Shown: in pieces, positions 1 to 8,984 of the stretch
How positions within the stretch are numbered: the first letter of the stretch is position 1
How the letters are laid out: every line of letters starts with the position of its first letter
Source of the DNA: Promethearchaeota archaeon
GTDB lineage: Archaea; Asgardarchaeota; Lokiarchaeia; Sigyniarchaeales; SOKP01
DNA: 37,236 bases
Assembly: GCA_016840085.1 (NCBI GenBank)
Contig: JAEOTA010000042.1
Location: 1-37,236 of the forward strand
Direction of reading: 5' to 3'
Made by a program: the position numbers and the translations under genes
Notes under the pieces: model-generated
Seen by the model: the letters and a program-made list of their open reading frames with translations, nothing else
Database searches by the model: none
Told to the model about the DNA's origin: nothing

Positions 1-1057
1 AAGCATAGTAAAGATCCTTTAAATTTTGATCCTTAGATTTTTTATAAAGTTTTGCTAATTCTTTCGTAATTTTAGCTAAAAAGAAATATTGCTGTGATAG
101 TTTTAAAGGCATATTAAACTTTATAATCTCCATTGAAGTTATAGCTTTTCCTTTAGCAGGAGTATATTTTATAGATGTAAAAGAATTATTATATGTTTCT
201 GAATTTAAAGGATCAAGGTGAGTATGAATAGTGAGATTATAGTTCTCATGGTAAATTAAGTAGTCTAACTGATAAAATTGCGCATAAAAATCATCTGAAG
301 TAATTTCTGTTGAAATGAAATAAGCAGATTTATTAACTTTACTTGTAAATTTGTTATAACTCCACAATAGAGTATAAGTAAAAATATATTCATAAGTTAT
401 GCCATTTAATTCATATGTAATAAGAACTATTTTATGATCTTCCCCTTGTTCTAACACTTCAGATGTAATACTTATTGATTCACTCTGACTCGAGCATTCA
501 CGATTCTCACTACAAGAATGGCAACCTGAATAATATAAAAGTAGTGGTTCTATTAGTATTTCAAATTTTTCATCAGTAATTTCATCTACAGTAATATAGT
601 GTGAAGTTGTCCAAATGGGGTAGTCTGAATCTATCCATGCTAAAATACCACCAATCATATTATATAGTTTGGCAAAACCATATTCAACTAAAATCTCACT
701 TGCTAAATTGCTTCTATAACCAGATTTACAGTATATAATGATCTCAGAATTTTTAAATCCTTCAAGTTCGCTAATTCTTGCTTCAATATCATCGAGAGGT
801 ATTAGAATAGCCTCATATAAATGACCAATATTATACTCGAATGGATCCCTAACGTCTAAAATAATGAGATCAGGATACTTTTTTTTATGTTTTATCATGT
901 AATAAGCAGTATCAACTGTAATATCTTCTTGTATTTGGGGCTGTTTATCAGCAATAACTAGTGGTATTAATGAAAGACTAGGTAACAATAAGGATGCAAT
1001 AGTAAGGAATATAACACTTTTATGCTTAATTTGTTTTAAAATATTTTGTGATTTCAT
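1..1057 (-). CDS. Secreted/membrane-anchored rhodanese-domain protein, copy A (3' end runs off the window)
   Basis: Absent from the ORF track because it has no stop. ATG at 1057: MKSQNILKQIKHKSVIFLTIASLLLPSLSLIPLVIA (hydrophobic leader), then IILDVRDPFEYNIGHLYEAILIP, active-site loop IIIYCKSGYRS, YNMIGGILAW, then a CHSC..C linker. Frame is open to base 1. Confidence 0.88.
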   Translation of the reverse strand, partial: MKSQNILKQIKHKSVIFLTIASLLLPSLSLIPLVIADKQPQIQEDITVDTAYYMIKHKKKYPDLIILDVRDPFEYNIGHLYEAILIPLDDIEARISELEGFKNSEIIIYCKSGYRSNLASEILVEYGFAKLYNMIGGILAWIDSDYPIWTTSHYITVDEITDEKFEILIEPLLLYYSGCHSCSENRECSSQSESISITSEVLEQGEDHKIVLITYELNGITYEYIFTYTLLWSYNKFTSKVNKSAYFISTEITSDDFYAQFYQLDYLIYHENYNLTIHTHLDPLNSETYNNSFTSIKYTPAKGKAITSMEIIKFNMPLKLSQQYFFLAKITKELAKLYKKSKDQNLKDLYYA

Positions 1058-1081
1058 AATTTTTGTCTTTTTTCTAAAAAA

Positions 1082-1111
1082 TTGACATTTTTATAAAAAA
1101 TAAAATGTCAA
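1082..1111. promoter_or_regulatory. Palindrome TTGACATTTT-N10-AAAATGTCAA upstream of rhodanese copy A (candidate operator)
   Basis: Perfect 10-bp arms ~25 bp upstream of the ATG. Only one arm is intact in copy B. Confidence 0.35.
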
Positions 1112-2293
1112 AAAAAATGTATTCAAGAATATTATTTAAATATTTTGGAAAAAATTTTGCTAAATATAATTCATTGGTTTCATGATCGTTCTTAGATTAA
1201 TAATAAATTAAATTATTAAGAAAGAGTTTAAAGTAAAATTTATATTAAAGATTTTAAAATTTTTATAAATAAGTGCTGTGTGATAACTTGTACTAACTAA
1301 CTCATAAATTGAATACCAAATACCTGCCCATTGCAATGGGAGACCATCTCTCTGTGCAAGAATTACTTGTCTCGCATAAAATGCTCTCCTAATTTGGTCT
1401 AATCTATTATGTATCTTAGGGCTTTCTAACATATATATTCCTTTCTAGGTTTAGGTTTAAAAATTAAACCTAGTTTTAACTTACAATTAAAATTAGACTG
1501 TGCGGTTTATGAACTTGAAAGGATTGAAGGTAATAATATTGAAAAAAAGGATTAACTATAAGATTATCAAAATATAATTTTTAAATTCTCACAAAAAGAA
1601 TAGAACCAAATTTCAAGAAGAGCGGATGAAAACATCAAGAAGATACCGATTAGACCCGATAAAATAGGTTTAAAATAAATGCTTAATTTTTCAAACAAAA
1701 TTATAATTTTCTTCACCTAAAACATAGATTCCATATTCACCATCGTTTTCAGAATATGTAAATGTAATATTTTCTATGAAAGATATTTGGAAGATTATAT
1801 TCTTTAAGGCACTTCTTATGAGCTTCAAACCGAGGGTAAATATTCCTTTAGATTAAAGATTTATACTTTTTACAAAAAGAATAGTTTAATTAAGATTAAA
1901 TTGAAGAAAGTACGATTTGAATTTGACTAATAAAAACTATTTCTATTTATTATTGAAAATATTTTAATTATTTAAATAAGGGATAATAAGATTATTCTGT
2001 ATAAAAAGAATTTAGTTGATAATTACAAAATGGGTATTAAACTTTTTGATTTTTCTTTATATATCAAATTCAATTGATAAAATTAAAATTCAATACATGA
2101 CTAATTAGAACAATATGATGTAAGGAAAAGAAAAATTAATAGTTCTATTATTCAAATATTCATTTTTATTCTTCAATAATATTTATTGAATTATTAAAAA
2201 ATCAATTATTAATAAATTAGGTGTAGACATCGAGGAAAGTGTGATAAAAGATATGAATAGAATTTATATGGGAAGAGATGGATGTGAAAACTT

Positions 2294-2677
2294 ATGACAA
2301 ATACTCTAGCAGACGCATGTTGTGCGCTTAAAAATGCTGAAAGAGCACGTATGAAAGAAGTTATAATTAGTCCAGCTTCTAAAACTCTCCAACAAGTTCT
2401 CCGTATCTTCCAGAAAAATGCCTATATTGGAGAATTCGAGAGATATGATGATGGTCGTCAGGGGAAGTTTAAGATTGCATTATTAGGTAAAATAAATGAA
2501 TGTGCAGGATTAATGAGGCTGAACTATAAACTTTCTCAATTTGAGATGCTTGAAAGAAAATTGTTACCCGCTCCGGGTTTAGGATTAATTATTTTAACTA
2601 CAAATCAAGGAATAATAACGATAAAAGAAGCAGAGGAAAGGCAAATAGGAGGCCATACATTATGCTTTATTTATTAA
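2294..2677 (+). CDS. rps8: 30S ribosomal protein uS8
   Basis: LADA..ALKNAE, YIGEFERYDDGRQGKF, LLPA.GLG..ILTTNQG, IGG..LC; first gene of the r-protein run. Confidence 0.97.
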   Translation: MTNTLADACCALKNAERARMKEVIISPASKTLQQVLRIFQKNAYIGEFERYDDGRQGKFKIALLGKINECAGLMRLNYKLSQFEMLERKLLPAPGLGLIILTTNQGIITIKEAEERQIGGHTLCFIY

Positions 2678-2700
2678 TATACATATGAGGTTATCAAAAA

Positions 2701-3279
2701 ATGGTTAAAATTGCATTCTTTAAAGAAGAATTGGATATTCCTAAAAATGTTGAAGTGGCATTAGAAGGAGGTCACCACATTAGAGTAAAAGGACCTAATG
2801 GAGATATTACTAAAGATTTTTCCCATATAAGAGGAATAAAAGTCTCAATTCAAGATAATAAAATCATTTTCTCAACTAATTTTCCAAAAAGTGGAACTCT
2901 AGCATTGGTTAAAACAATTCTAAGTATTGTCAATAATTTAATTAATGGTGTTCAAACAAATTATAAATACGTCTCAAAGATCTGTTATTCACATTTTCCT
3001 TGCTCAGTTAGAGTAGATGAGAAAAAAAATATGATATATGTTGAAAATTTCTTAGGAGAACGAGCTCCAAGAAAAGCTAAGTATCCAGATAATGTAAAGG
3101 TGGAAGTAGATGGAGACGATGTAATTATCAGTGGTCCAGATAAAGAACTTCTTGGTCAAACAGCTGCCAATATCAAAAGAGCTTGTCGCATAAGAAAAAA
3201 GGATCCTCGAGTCTTCCAAGATGGTGTATATTTATATAAAAAAATTGCAGGAAATGAATTAATTTGGGAAATAAAATAG
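2701..3279 (+). CDS. rpl6: 50S ribosomal protein uL6
   Basis: VKGPNG, YSHFP, NFLGERAPR, GQTAANI, KDPRVFQDGVY. Confidence 0.98.
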   Translation: MVKIAFFKEELDIPKNVEVALEGGHHIRVKGPNGDITKDFSHIRGIKVSIQDNKIIFSTNFPKSGTLALVKTILSIVNNLINGVQTNYKYVSKICYSHFPCSVRVDEKKNMIYVENFLGERAPRKAKYPDNVKVEVDGDDVIISGPDKELLGQTAANIKRACRIRKKDPRVFQDGVYLYKKIAGNELIWEIK

Positions 3280-3294
3280 TAACAGGGTGTTTGT

Positions 3295-3780
3295 ATGGTT
3301 GGAGATAAAAAACTAATGGAACTCCGGGAAAAATTAAATAGAAAAAGACCAAAATTTAGACGAGTTGAGTCTTGGAGATATAAAAGAATAGATGATTCAT
3401 GGAGAAAAGCAAGAGGTATTGATTCAAAGACTCGGAAAAAGAAGAAATTAGGCGTTAAATCTCCTTCAGTGGGATATAGAGGACCTAAAAAAGTAAGAGG
3501 CTTACACCCTTCTGGATATGAAGAAGTTCAAATAATATCTATTAATGATTTACAAAATTTAAATAAAAAAACCCATGCTCTTAAAATTTCAAGGAAATTA
3601 GGCGCCAAGAAGAGAATTTTTCTGATTGATTACTGTCAAAAAAGAGGCTTCAAAATATTAAACCTCGGAATTTCACTAAAGGAAATTGAGACCTTAGAAG
3701 AAATGGCTGAAGCTCCTATTGGCGAGACAGAAAGTGAAGATTTTATTGATGTTGAAGATATGGAAGATTCTCTTGAATAA
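3295..3780 (+). CDS. rpl32e: 50S ribosomal protein eL32 with acidic C-terminal tail
   Basis: RPKFRR.ESWRYKR...SWRKARGIDSK.R, PSVGYRGPK.VRGLHPSG. Confidence 0.97.
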   Translation: MVGDKKLMELREKLNRKRPKFRRVESWRYKRIDDSWRKARGIDSKTRKKKKLGVKSPSVGYRGPKKVRGLHPSGYEEVQIISINDLQNLNKKTHALKISRKLGAKKRIFLIDYCQKRGFKILNLGISLKEIETLEEMAEAPIGETESEDFIDVEDMEDSLE

Positions 3781-3812
3781 TATGATGAATTTAAAGATGA
3801 AGTGATAAAAAA

Positions 3813-4268
3813 ATGAATTTAAAACCACAAAGAAGAATGGCGGCAGAGATCCTCAAATGTGGAGAGAATCGAGTATATTTTGATCCTTATTTAATCGAAG
3901 ATATTAGTCTAGCAATTACTCGGGAAGATATTCGCAATTTAATAAAACAAGGAGTTATTCAGAAAAAGTATAAAAAAGGAACTTCAAAATATCGAAAAAA
4001 TATTCTACACCAGAGAAAGAAAAAAGGTAGAGCAAGAGGTTTAGGAAAACGAAAGGGCACAAAACACGCAAGAACACCTAAAAAAAGGACTTGGATTAAG
4101 CGAATCCGTCCAATTAGGAGAGAACTGAAAAAATTAAGAGATAGAAAACTAATTACAGCAGCTAACTATAGAAAATTATATAAAAATGCTAAAGGTGGTA
4201 TGTTCGCTAGTGTTGCTCAACTAAATCGATTTATAAAAGAGAAAGAATTAATAAGGAGAGGAAGATAG
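3813..4268 (+). CDS. rpl19e: 50S ribosomal protein eL19
   Basis: QRRMAAEILKCGENRV, AITREDIR.LI, G.GKRKGTK.AR.P, YRKLY..AKGG.F. Confidence 0.98.
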   Translation: MNLKPQRRMAAEILKCGENRVYFDPYLIEDISLAITREDIRNLIKQGVIQKKYKKGTSKYRKNILHQRKKKGRARGLGKRKGTKHARTPKKRTWIKRIRPIRRELKKLRDRKLITAANYRKLYKNAKGGMFASVAQLNRFIKEKELIRRGR

Positions 4269-4272
4269 TAAA

Positions 4273-4866
4273 ATGGCGAAAGGTCCAAGATATAGACGCT
4301 CTTTTCGAAGACGATTCGAAGGGAGAACAGACTATCATAAGAGACTAAAATTATTAAAATCAAAAAAATTGAGAATAGTAATTAGAGTTTCCAATAACAA
4401 TATAAGCGTTCAAATCGTGCAATCCAAATTAGGGGGCGATAGGGTTTTAGTAGCTGCATTTTCTAAAGAATTGACCATTAAATATGGTTGGGAAGCTAAT
4501 ACGGGGAATATTCCTGCAGCATATTTAACAGGATATTTAGCGGGATTAAGAGCAAAAAATAAAAATTTACAAGAAGGAATTTTCGATTTAGGTATCTTTT
4601 ATCATAGAAATCGAGTACTTGCAGCTTGCAAAGGTGTTATTGATTCTGGAGTGATAGTCCCTTATCGTAAGGAATTTTTTCCAGAAAATTTGGATGAACG
4701 AATTAAAGGGGTTCATATTGAAAATTATGCAAAGCTCTTAAAAAAAGAAGACCCAGAAAAATACGAACAAATCTTTTCTAGTTATTTAAAGAAAAAGAAA
4801 ATTGATCCCATAAAATTTAATCAAGTATTTTCAAATATATTAAAAACTATTGAAACTAAAGCTTAA
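4273..4866 (+). CDS. rpl18: 50S ribosomal protein uL18
   Basis: MAKGPRY...FRRR.EG.TDY.KRLKLL, N.PAAYLTG.LAG. Confidence 0.97.
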   Translation: MAKGPRYRRSFRRRFEGRTDYHKRLKLLKSKKLRIVIRVSNNNISVQIVQSKLGGDRVLVAAFSKELTIKYGWEANTGNIPAAYLTGYLAGLRAKNKNLQEGIFDLGIFYHRNRVLAACKGVIDSGVIVPYRKEFFPENLDERIKGVHIENYAKLLKKEDPEKYEQIFSSYLKKKKIDPIKFNQVFSNILKTIETKA

Positions 4867-4880
4867 TAGAGTAAATTGAA

Positions 4881-5495
4881 ATGAGTCGCTTAAGAAATAT
4901 TGAAGAGGAATGGATTCCTAAAACCGAGCTAGGAGAGCTAGTTCAACAAGGACTCATAACTCTTGATAAAATCTTTCAAAATAATTTAGTTGTAAAAGAA
5001 AAAGAAATTATTGATATTTTACTCCCACAGTTATCAGAGGATGTAATAACTATTAAAATGATCCAAAAAATGACTGCTAGTGGTCAACGTAGTAGATTTA
5101 AAGCAGTCGTAATTGTAGGAGCCGATGGATTTCTTGGTGTTGGTGCGGCAAAGAGTAAAGAAGTAGGGCCTGCTATTAGGAAAGCAATTGATAAAGCAAA
5201 ACTTGCTGTTGTTCCTGTTATTCGGGGATGTGGAAGTAAAGAATGTGGGTGTGGAGGTACTCATAGTATTCCTTTTAGAGTTGATGGAAAATGTGGCTCA
5301 GTTAGGATTCGATTGATACCATCACCTGCAGGTGTAGGATTAGCATGTGCAGATAAGGTGAAGCAAGTTTTAAGATTATGTGGAATTGAAGATATATGGA
5401 GTAAGACCTTCGGTGACACCAGAACAAGTGAAAACCTTGTAAAAGCGACTTTTGATGCTTTGAGGAATGCTCATAAATTTAACTTTAATATATAG
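4881..5495 (+). CDS. rps5: 30S ribosomal protein uS5
   Basis: W.PKT.LG.LV, QKMT.SGQR.RF, EVGPAIRKA, RGCGS.ECGCG..HSIPF.V.GKCGSV. Confidence 0.98.
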   Translation: MSRLRNIEEEWIPKTELGELVQQGLITLDKIFQNNLVVKEKEIIDILLPQLSEDVITIKMIQKMTASGQRSRFKAVVIVGADGFLGVGAAKSKEVGPAIRKAIDKAKLAVVPVIRGCGSKECGCGGTHSIPFRVDGKCGSVRIRLIPSPAGVGLACADKVKQVLRLCGIEDIWSKTFGDTRTSENLVKATFDALRNAHKFNFNI

Positions 5496-5511
5496 AAAGA
5501 GTGGTGCTAAA

Positions 5512-6036
5512 ATGGCAATGGTAAAAAAGAAAATCAAATCAAAAGAAACTGAATATATTCCCAAACTATACTTTGCAGTGCGCATAAGAGGTGCACCTGG
5601 TATGAGAGGGAAAATTCTTGATACTCTTAAAATGCTTAGAATGCATAAGGTAAATCATGGGGTTCTAATCTGGGGTAATAAGAGTTATAAAGGAATGCTT
5701 GTGAAATGCAAAGATTATATTGCTTTTGGTGAAATTAATGAAAAAACCCTAATTAGATTGTTAAGAGTTAGAGGTAGGGTAGAACGAAATAGACCACTCA
5801 CAGAAGAGCATATAAAAAACTTAACTAATTATAAAAATTTTAGAGCTTTAGCAAAAGCATTATTGAATGGAGAGATTCAATATAAAGAAAAAGACTTATA
5901 TAAAGTCAAACCAGTATTCCGTTTACACCCGCCTAAAAAAGGACATCGAGGTTCAATTAAAAAGCATTACGCTGAAGGTGGTACTTTAGGTAACGTAGGC
6001 TCATATATAAATGAATTAATTTACAAAATGCTATAA
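5512..6036 (+). CDS. rpl30: 50S ribosomal protein uL30
   Basis: AVRIRG, TLKMLR, KPVFRLHPP..G, GG.LG. Start moved from 5467 (overlaps uS5) to ATG 5512, which follows a GGTG SD-like site. Confidence 0.96.
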   Translation: MAMVKKKIKSKETEYIPKLYFAVRIRGAPGMRGKILDTLKMLRMHKVNHGVLIWGNKSYKGMLVKCKDYIAFGEINEKTLIRLLRVRGRVERNRPLTEEHIKNLTNYKNFRALAKALLNGEIQYKEKDLYKVKPVFRLHPPKKGHRGSIKKHYAEGGTLGNVGSYINELIYKML

Positions 6037-6055
6037 TAAAAAGGTGATTATATCT

Positions 6056-6535
6056 ATGAGAAAATACCCTAAAAAAGTTCAAAAAATGAGAGGGCGACGA
6101 ACCCGTGGTTTTGGAAAAGTAGGACAACATAGGAAAACTGGGCAGCGTGCTGGGAGAGGTAAAACTACTCAATGGAAAAAAAGTAAAAAAAGTTATTATT
6201 TAAAGCAAAAAGAACTCGGATTTCCTGACCCAGATTGGAAAATGGGAAAAAAAGGTTTTAAAAGACCTCAAGATATTAACCGAATTTATAAAATAAATAC
6301 TTTAAATGTTAAAGATTTAGATCAGAAAATCGAGAATTTTGTGTTAGAAAATAAAGCAACTAAATCAGGGAATACCTTCAATATCAATTTAAGCAACATA
6401 AATATACAGAAAATTTTAGGTCGTGGAAGCCTTAATAAAACAATTAATATAACTGCAAAAAAAGCTTCAAAACGAGCTATTGAAAAAATAGAAGCTGCAG
6501 GTGGAAAAATAACTTTATTATCAGGAACAGAATAA
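6056..6535 (+). CDS. rpl15: 50S ribosomal protein uL15
   Basis: KMRG.RT.G.G..GQHRK.G.R.GRG, GKKGF, KILGRG, AS..AIEKIEAAGG. The GTG at 6044 is part of the GGTGA SD, so ATG 6056 is the likely start. Confidence 0.96.
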   Translation: MRKYPKKVQKMRGRRTRGFGKVGQHRKTGQRAGRGKTTQWKKSKKSYYLKQKELGFPDPDWKMGKKGFKRPQDINRIYKINTLNVKDLDQKIENFVLENKATKSGNTFNINLSNINIQKILGRGSLNKTINITAKKASKRAIEKIEAAGGKITLLSGTE

Positions 6536-6616
6536 ACTTTACTACCGTTTTTTATTCAGAACTATTTTTCATTCATGATTAAAAAAAGCATTTTAATTAT
6601 TTCTTAGGATCTTAAA

Positions 6617-6769
6617 ATGAGTTCAAATCTGAATAATCTTGAAAATGATAATGAAATTAATAAGAAAGATAAAGAACGCAAAAAAAGAAATAAATGTTTG
6701 CTTGCCTGTGTAATAATAATACTAGTAATGATGCTTCCTTCTACGTTAGCACTTTTAGCTATTTTTTAA
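6617..6769 (+). CDS. 50-aa tail-anchored small membrane protein
   Basis: Read manually: MSSNLNNLENDNEINKKDKERKKRNKCLLACVIIILVMMLPSTLALLAIF*. Basic patch followed by a C-terminal hydrophobic helix; AGGA upstream. Confidence 0.55.
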   Translation: MSSNLNNLENDNEINKKDKERKKRNKCLLACVIIILVMMLPSTLALLAIF

Positions 6770-6783
6770 GTTTGTTAATTAAT

Positions 6784-7443
6784 TTAAGAAAGCAATTTAT
6801 TTATTAATTGGATTAAACCAGGTAATATAAAAATAAATCCAAGGGTATTTCCAATAATATGGACAATTGTAAATGGTATCCCTGTAAGAAAATAGGGGAA
6901 AAATTTATCAAATGTACCAAAAAATGAAAAAACATCCACTAATGAAGACCCAATTTGGAAACTTATGGTAATTAATGCTCCAATAATACCAAATATAGCT
7001 ATTACTGATATCTTATATAAATCCTCATTTGGATCAAAAAATTGTGTCTTCTTTAGGAAATTACTAGTTAACGCACCTAATAATCCCGTTAAAGAATAAT
7101 GTACCAATTGAAATGTTAAAAGGGGTAGAGGAGAAGCTCCAAAGGGATTAAAAAAACAAAATATGAACGAACTTAAAAAACCTACAATTATTCCATCTCT
7201 TTTACCTAATATAAAACCTGAAAGGAAAATTGTTAAGGTAAATAACTCAATATTAGGTAAATATGCTAATAAATAACCTAAAACAACAGCCAATGCCGCA
7301 AAAGTGCTGAGTAAAGCAATTCTAAATGATTTTCTATCCAAGATTAAAGAAGAATTTACATTTTCTTTTTCAATTTCCTGAAGATCTGATAAATCATTCG
7401 ACAGATGTATTTTTTGTCTATTAATATCTGATTTTAAGTCCAA
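6784..7443 (-). CDS. ECF transporter S-component, CbrT-like (putative cobalamin uptake)
   Basis: IALLS.F.ALAVV, LPNIEL.TL.IF.SGF.LG...G..VG, F...HIIGN; about 6 hydrophobic helices. TTG start uncertain. Confidence 0.72.
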   Translation of the reverse strand: MDLKSDINRQKIHLSNDLSDLQEIEKENVNSSLILDRKSFRIALLSTFAALAVVLGYLLAYLPNIELFTLTIFLSGFILGKRDGIIVGFLSSFIFCFFNPFGASPLPLLTFQLVHYSLTGLLGALTSNFLKKTQFFDPNEDLYKISVIAIFGIIGALITISFQIGSSLVDVFSFFGTFDKFFPYFLTGIPFTIVHIIGNTLGFIFILPGLIQLINKLLS

Positions 7444-7754
7444 TCTTTTCTCTCTAATTTAATTTTTAAGATTAAGATTACTAATACTTCAAAATTTAAA
7501 AATGTATAGGCGATGTTTCCTATTTTCTCTTACATCTTTGTCAACAAAAAACTAGAAAATAAGAATAATAACTACAATAATTTTTAAGACATTAATTGCA
7601 AGAAAGATTCCATAAAGTTTAAGAAAAATCTCTATTCTTTATGATAAAATAATGAGATAAAAAATTATCAATAAAAAGCAGCCCCACATATATTTAGTAT
7701 ACGCATCTCTCATAGTATTAAAATTAAAATCTCTTCTTTAAATACAATTGTTTT

Positions 7755-7785
7755 AATAACTTCTTTAAAATCGAAATCTTAAAAA
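7755..7785 (+). repeat. 31-bp direct repeat, left copy (AATAAcTTCTTTAAAATCGAAAtCTTAAAAA)
   Basis: Matches 16137-16167 at 29 of 31 positions. Confidence 0.85.
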
Positions 7786-7901
7786 TGATTTTTATTACTT
7801 TATAGAAAAATTTGAAAATGGAATGATTCTTCAATATTTAGAGGATATTAAGAATTTCACCATAGAACTATAAAAGAATAAAGAGTAGGGATGAGAAACA
7901 T

Positions 7902-8969
7902 TTAAGTAAGAGAATTAATTGCATCATCTAATAATTTTTTCTTAAAATCTTCATTTTGATGCAGAATTTCATTCAGTTTTTTATCAATATATTTCTGTTT
8001 AAATAAATTTTCTCCTTTTCTAAAATATAACTCGGATTTAATAAGTTCTTTTTTATAAATAACATCATATTCGAGTCCTAACTTAGTTAATTCTTTAATA
8101 AAAATATTTTCAATAGTTTTTTTTTCAAAATAATCAGATCTTGCTATTTTTTTAAAAATGTCAATACTAAGTTTTAGGTCAAAGGGTTCGTCTTTAAAAC
8201 GATTTATGTAATTTTTCCTAAAAGTCTCTAAGTTATAAATATTATCTAATGAATAGCTTATTTCAAATTCTGTAGTTTTAAGAATTAAATTTTGGTCAAA
8301 AAAATCGATAATATTTTGAATCTTGTGATCTTCATTATTTGGTTTCCATATTAGTCTAAATTTCTTTTCTGCATCAGTTTCATCTATTCTAGACCAGATA
8401 TATAAATTTTTTTTTGTAGTTTTAATGCTCGATATCCAACTTTTACTAAATTTATCGAAAATCAATATATGGATTGTAATTCCTAAATTTTTACTAATAT
8501 TCAGATGAGGATATTGCTCTATTATTTTTTTTTTTATAATTCTAGTTATATCTATTGTGAAATATTTATCATATTCTTTATATTCATTATCGACACCCTT
8601 GGATTTAGCTTCAATATAATAAATTTCATTTAAAGATTTTCCAATTGTATAACCAATTAAAGCATCGAATGTTGGTACACCCTCTATCCCTTCTGAATAA
8701 AGTGGATCTAATAATAACAATGAATAATTGTCTAAAGGTTTATATTTTGACTCATTTTTATTTGAAATAAATGGTTTTAAAAAATCTGATAACAGTATTG
8801 CATGAGATCTATTACTTCTAATGATATTATCGAAATCAGTTCCAAACTTTTGCCTTAATTCTTTTTCGTTTAGTTGGAATAAATAATTATAATTTGCTCG
8901 AATTTTTTCAGTTTTATCTGGATTTTCCTCTAAAATATCTTGATAATTTTCTGGTAAAGATATTGGCAT
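7902..8969 (-). CDS. Hypothetical protein with probable PD-(D/E)xK nuclease domain
   Basis: PTFDALIG...EIYYIEAKS fits a D...ExK restriction-endonuclease-like active site; GAGGG SD upstream. Confidence 0.55.
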   Translation of the reverse strand: MPISLPENYQDILEENPDKTEKIRANYNYLFQLNEKELRQKFGTDFDNIIRSNRSHAILLSDFLKPFISNKNESKYKPLDNYSLLLLDPLYSEGIEGVPTFDALIGYTIGKSLNEIYYIEAKSKGVDNEYKEYDKYFTIDITRIIKKKIIEQYPHLNISKNLGITIHILIFDKFSKSWISSIKTTKKNLYIWSRIDETDAEKKFRLIWKPNNEDHKIQNIIDFFDQNLILKTTEFEISYSLDNIYNLETFRKNYINRFKDEPFDLKLSIDIFKKIARSDYFEKKTIENIFIKELTKLGLEYDVIYKKELIKSELYFRKGENLFKQKYIDKKLNEILHQNEDFKKKLLDDAINSLT

Positions 8970-8984
8970 TAATACGCCCTCTCA

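Larger units (their letters stand above)
1..1147. repeat. Left arm of a ~1.15-kb imperfect inverted repeat (partner ~36084-37236)
   Basis: Bases 1-127 are the exact reverse complement of 37110-37236. Patchy similarity continues through the gene and ~90 bp upstream. Confidence 0.95.

Noticed and set aside
1-127. Terminal inverted repeats as ends of a linear plasmid, virus or transposon
   Set aside because: The repeats are mid-gene, the content is core chromosomal, and the 127-bp identity fits an assembly k-mer overlap.
1208-1432. 74-aa ORF
   Set aside because: No motif and a low-complexity AT-rich tail; cannot be supported as a gene.
5034-6172. Three short minus-strand ORFs (5034, 5376, 5957)
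   Set aside because: Antisense shadows of r-protein genes.
7552-7713. Hydrophobic minus-strand frame upstream of the ECF gene
   Set aside because: Interrupted by TAA after 24 codons; too little evidence.
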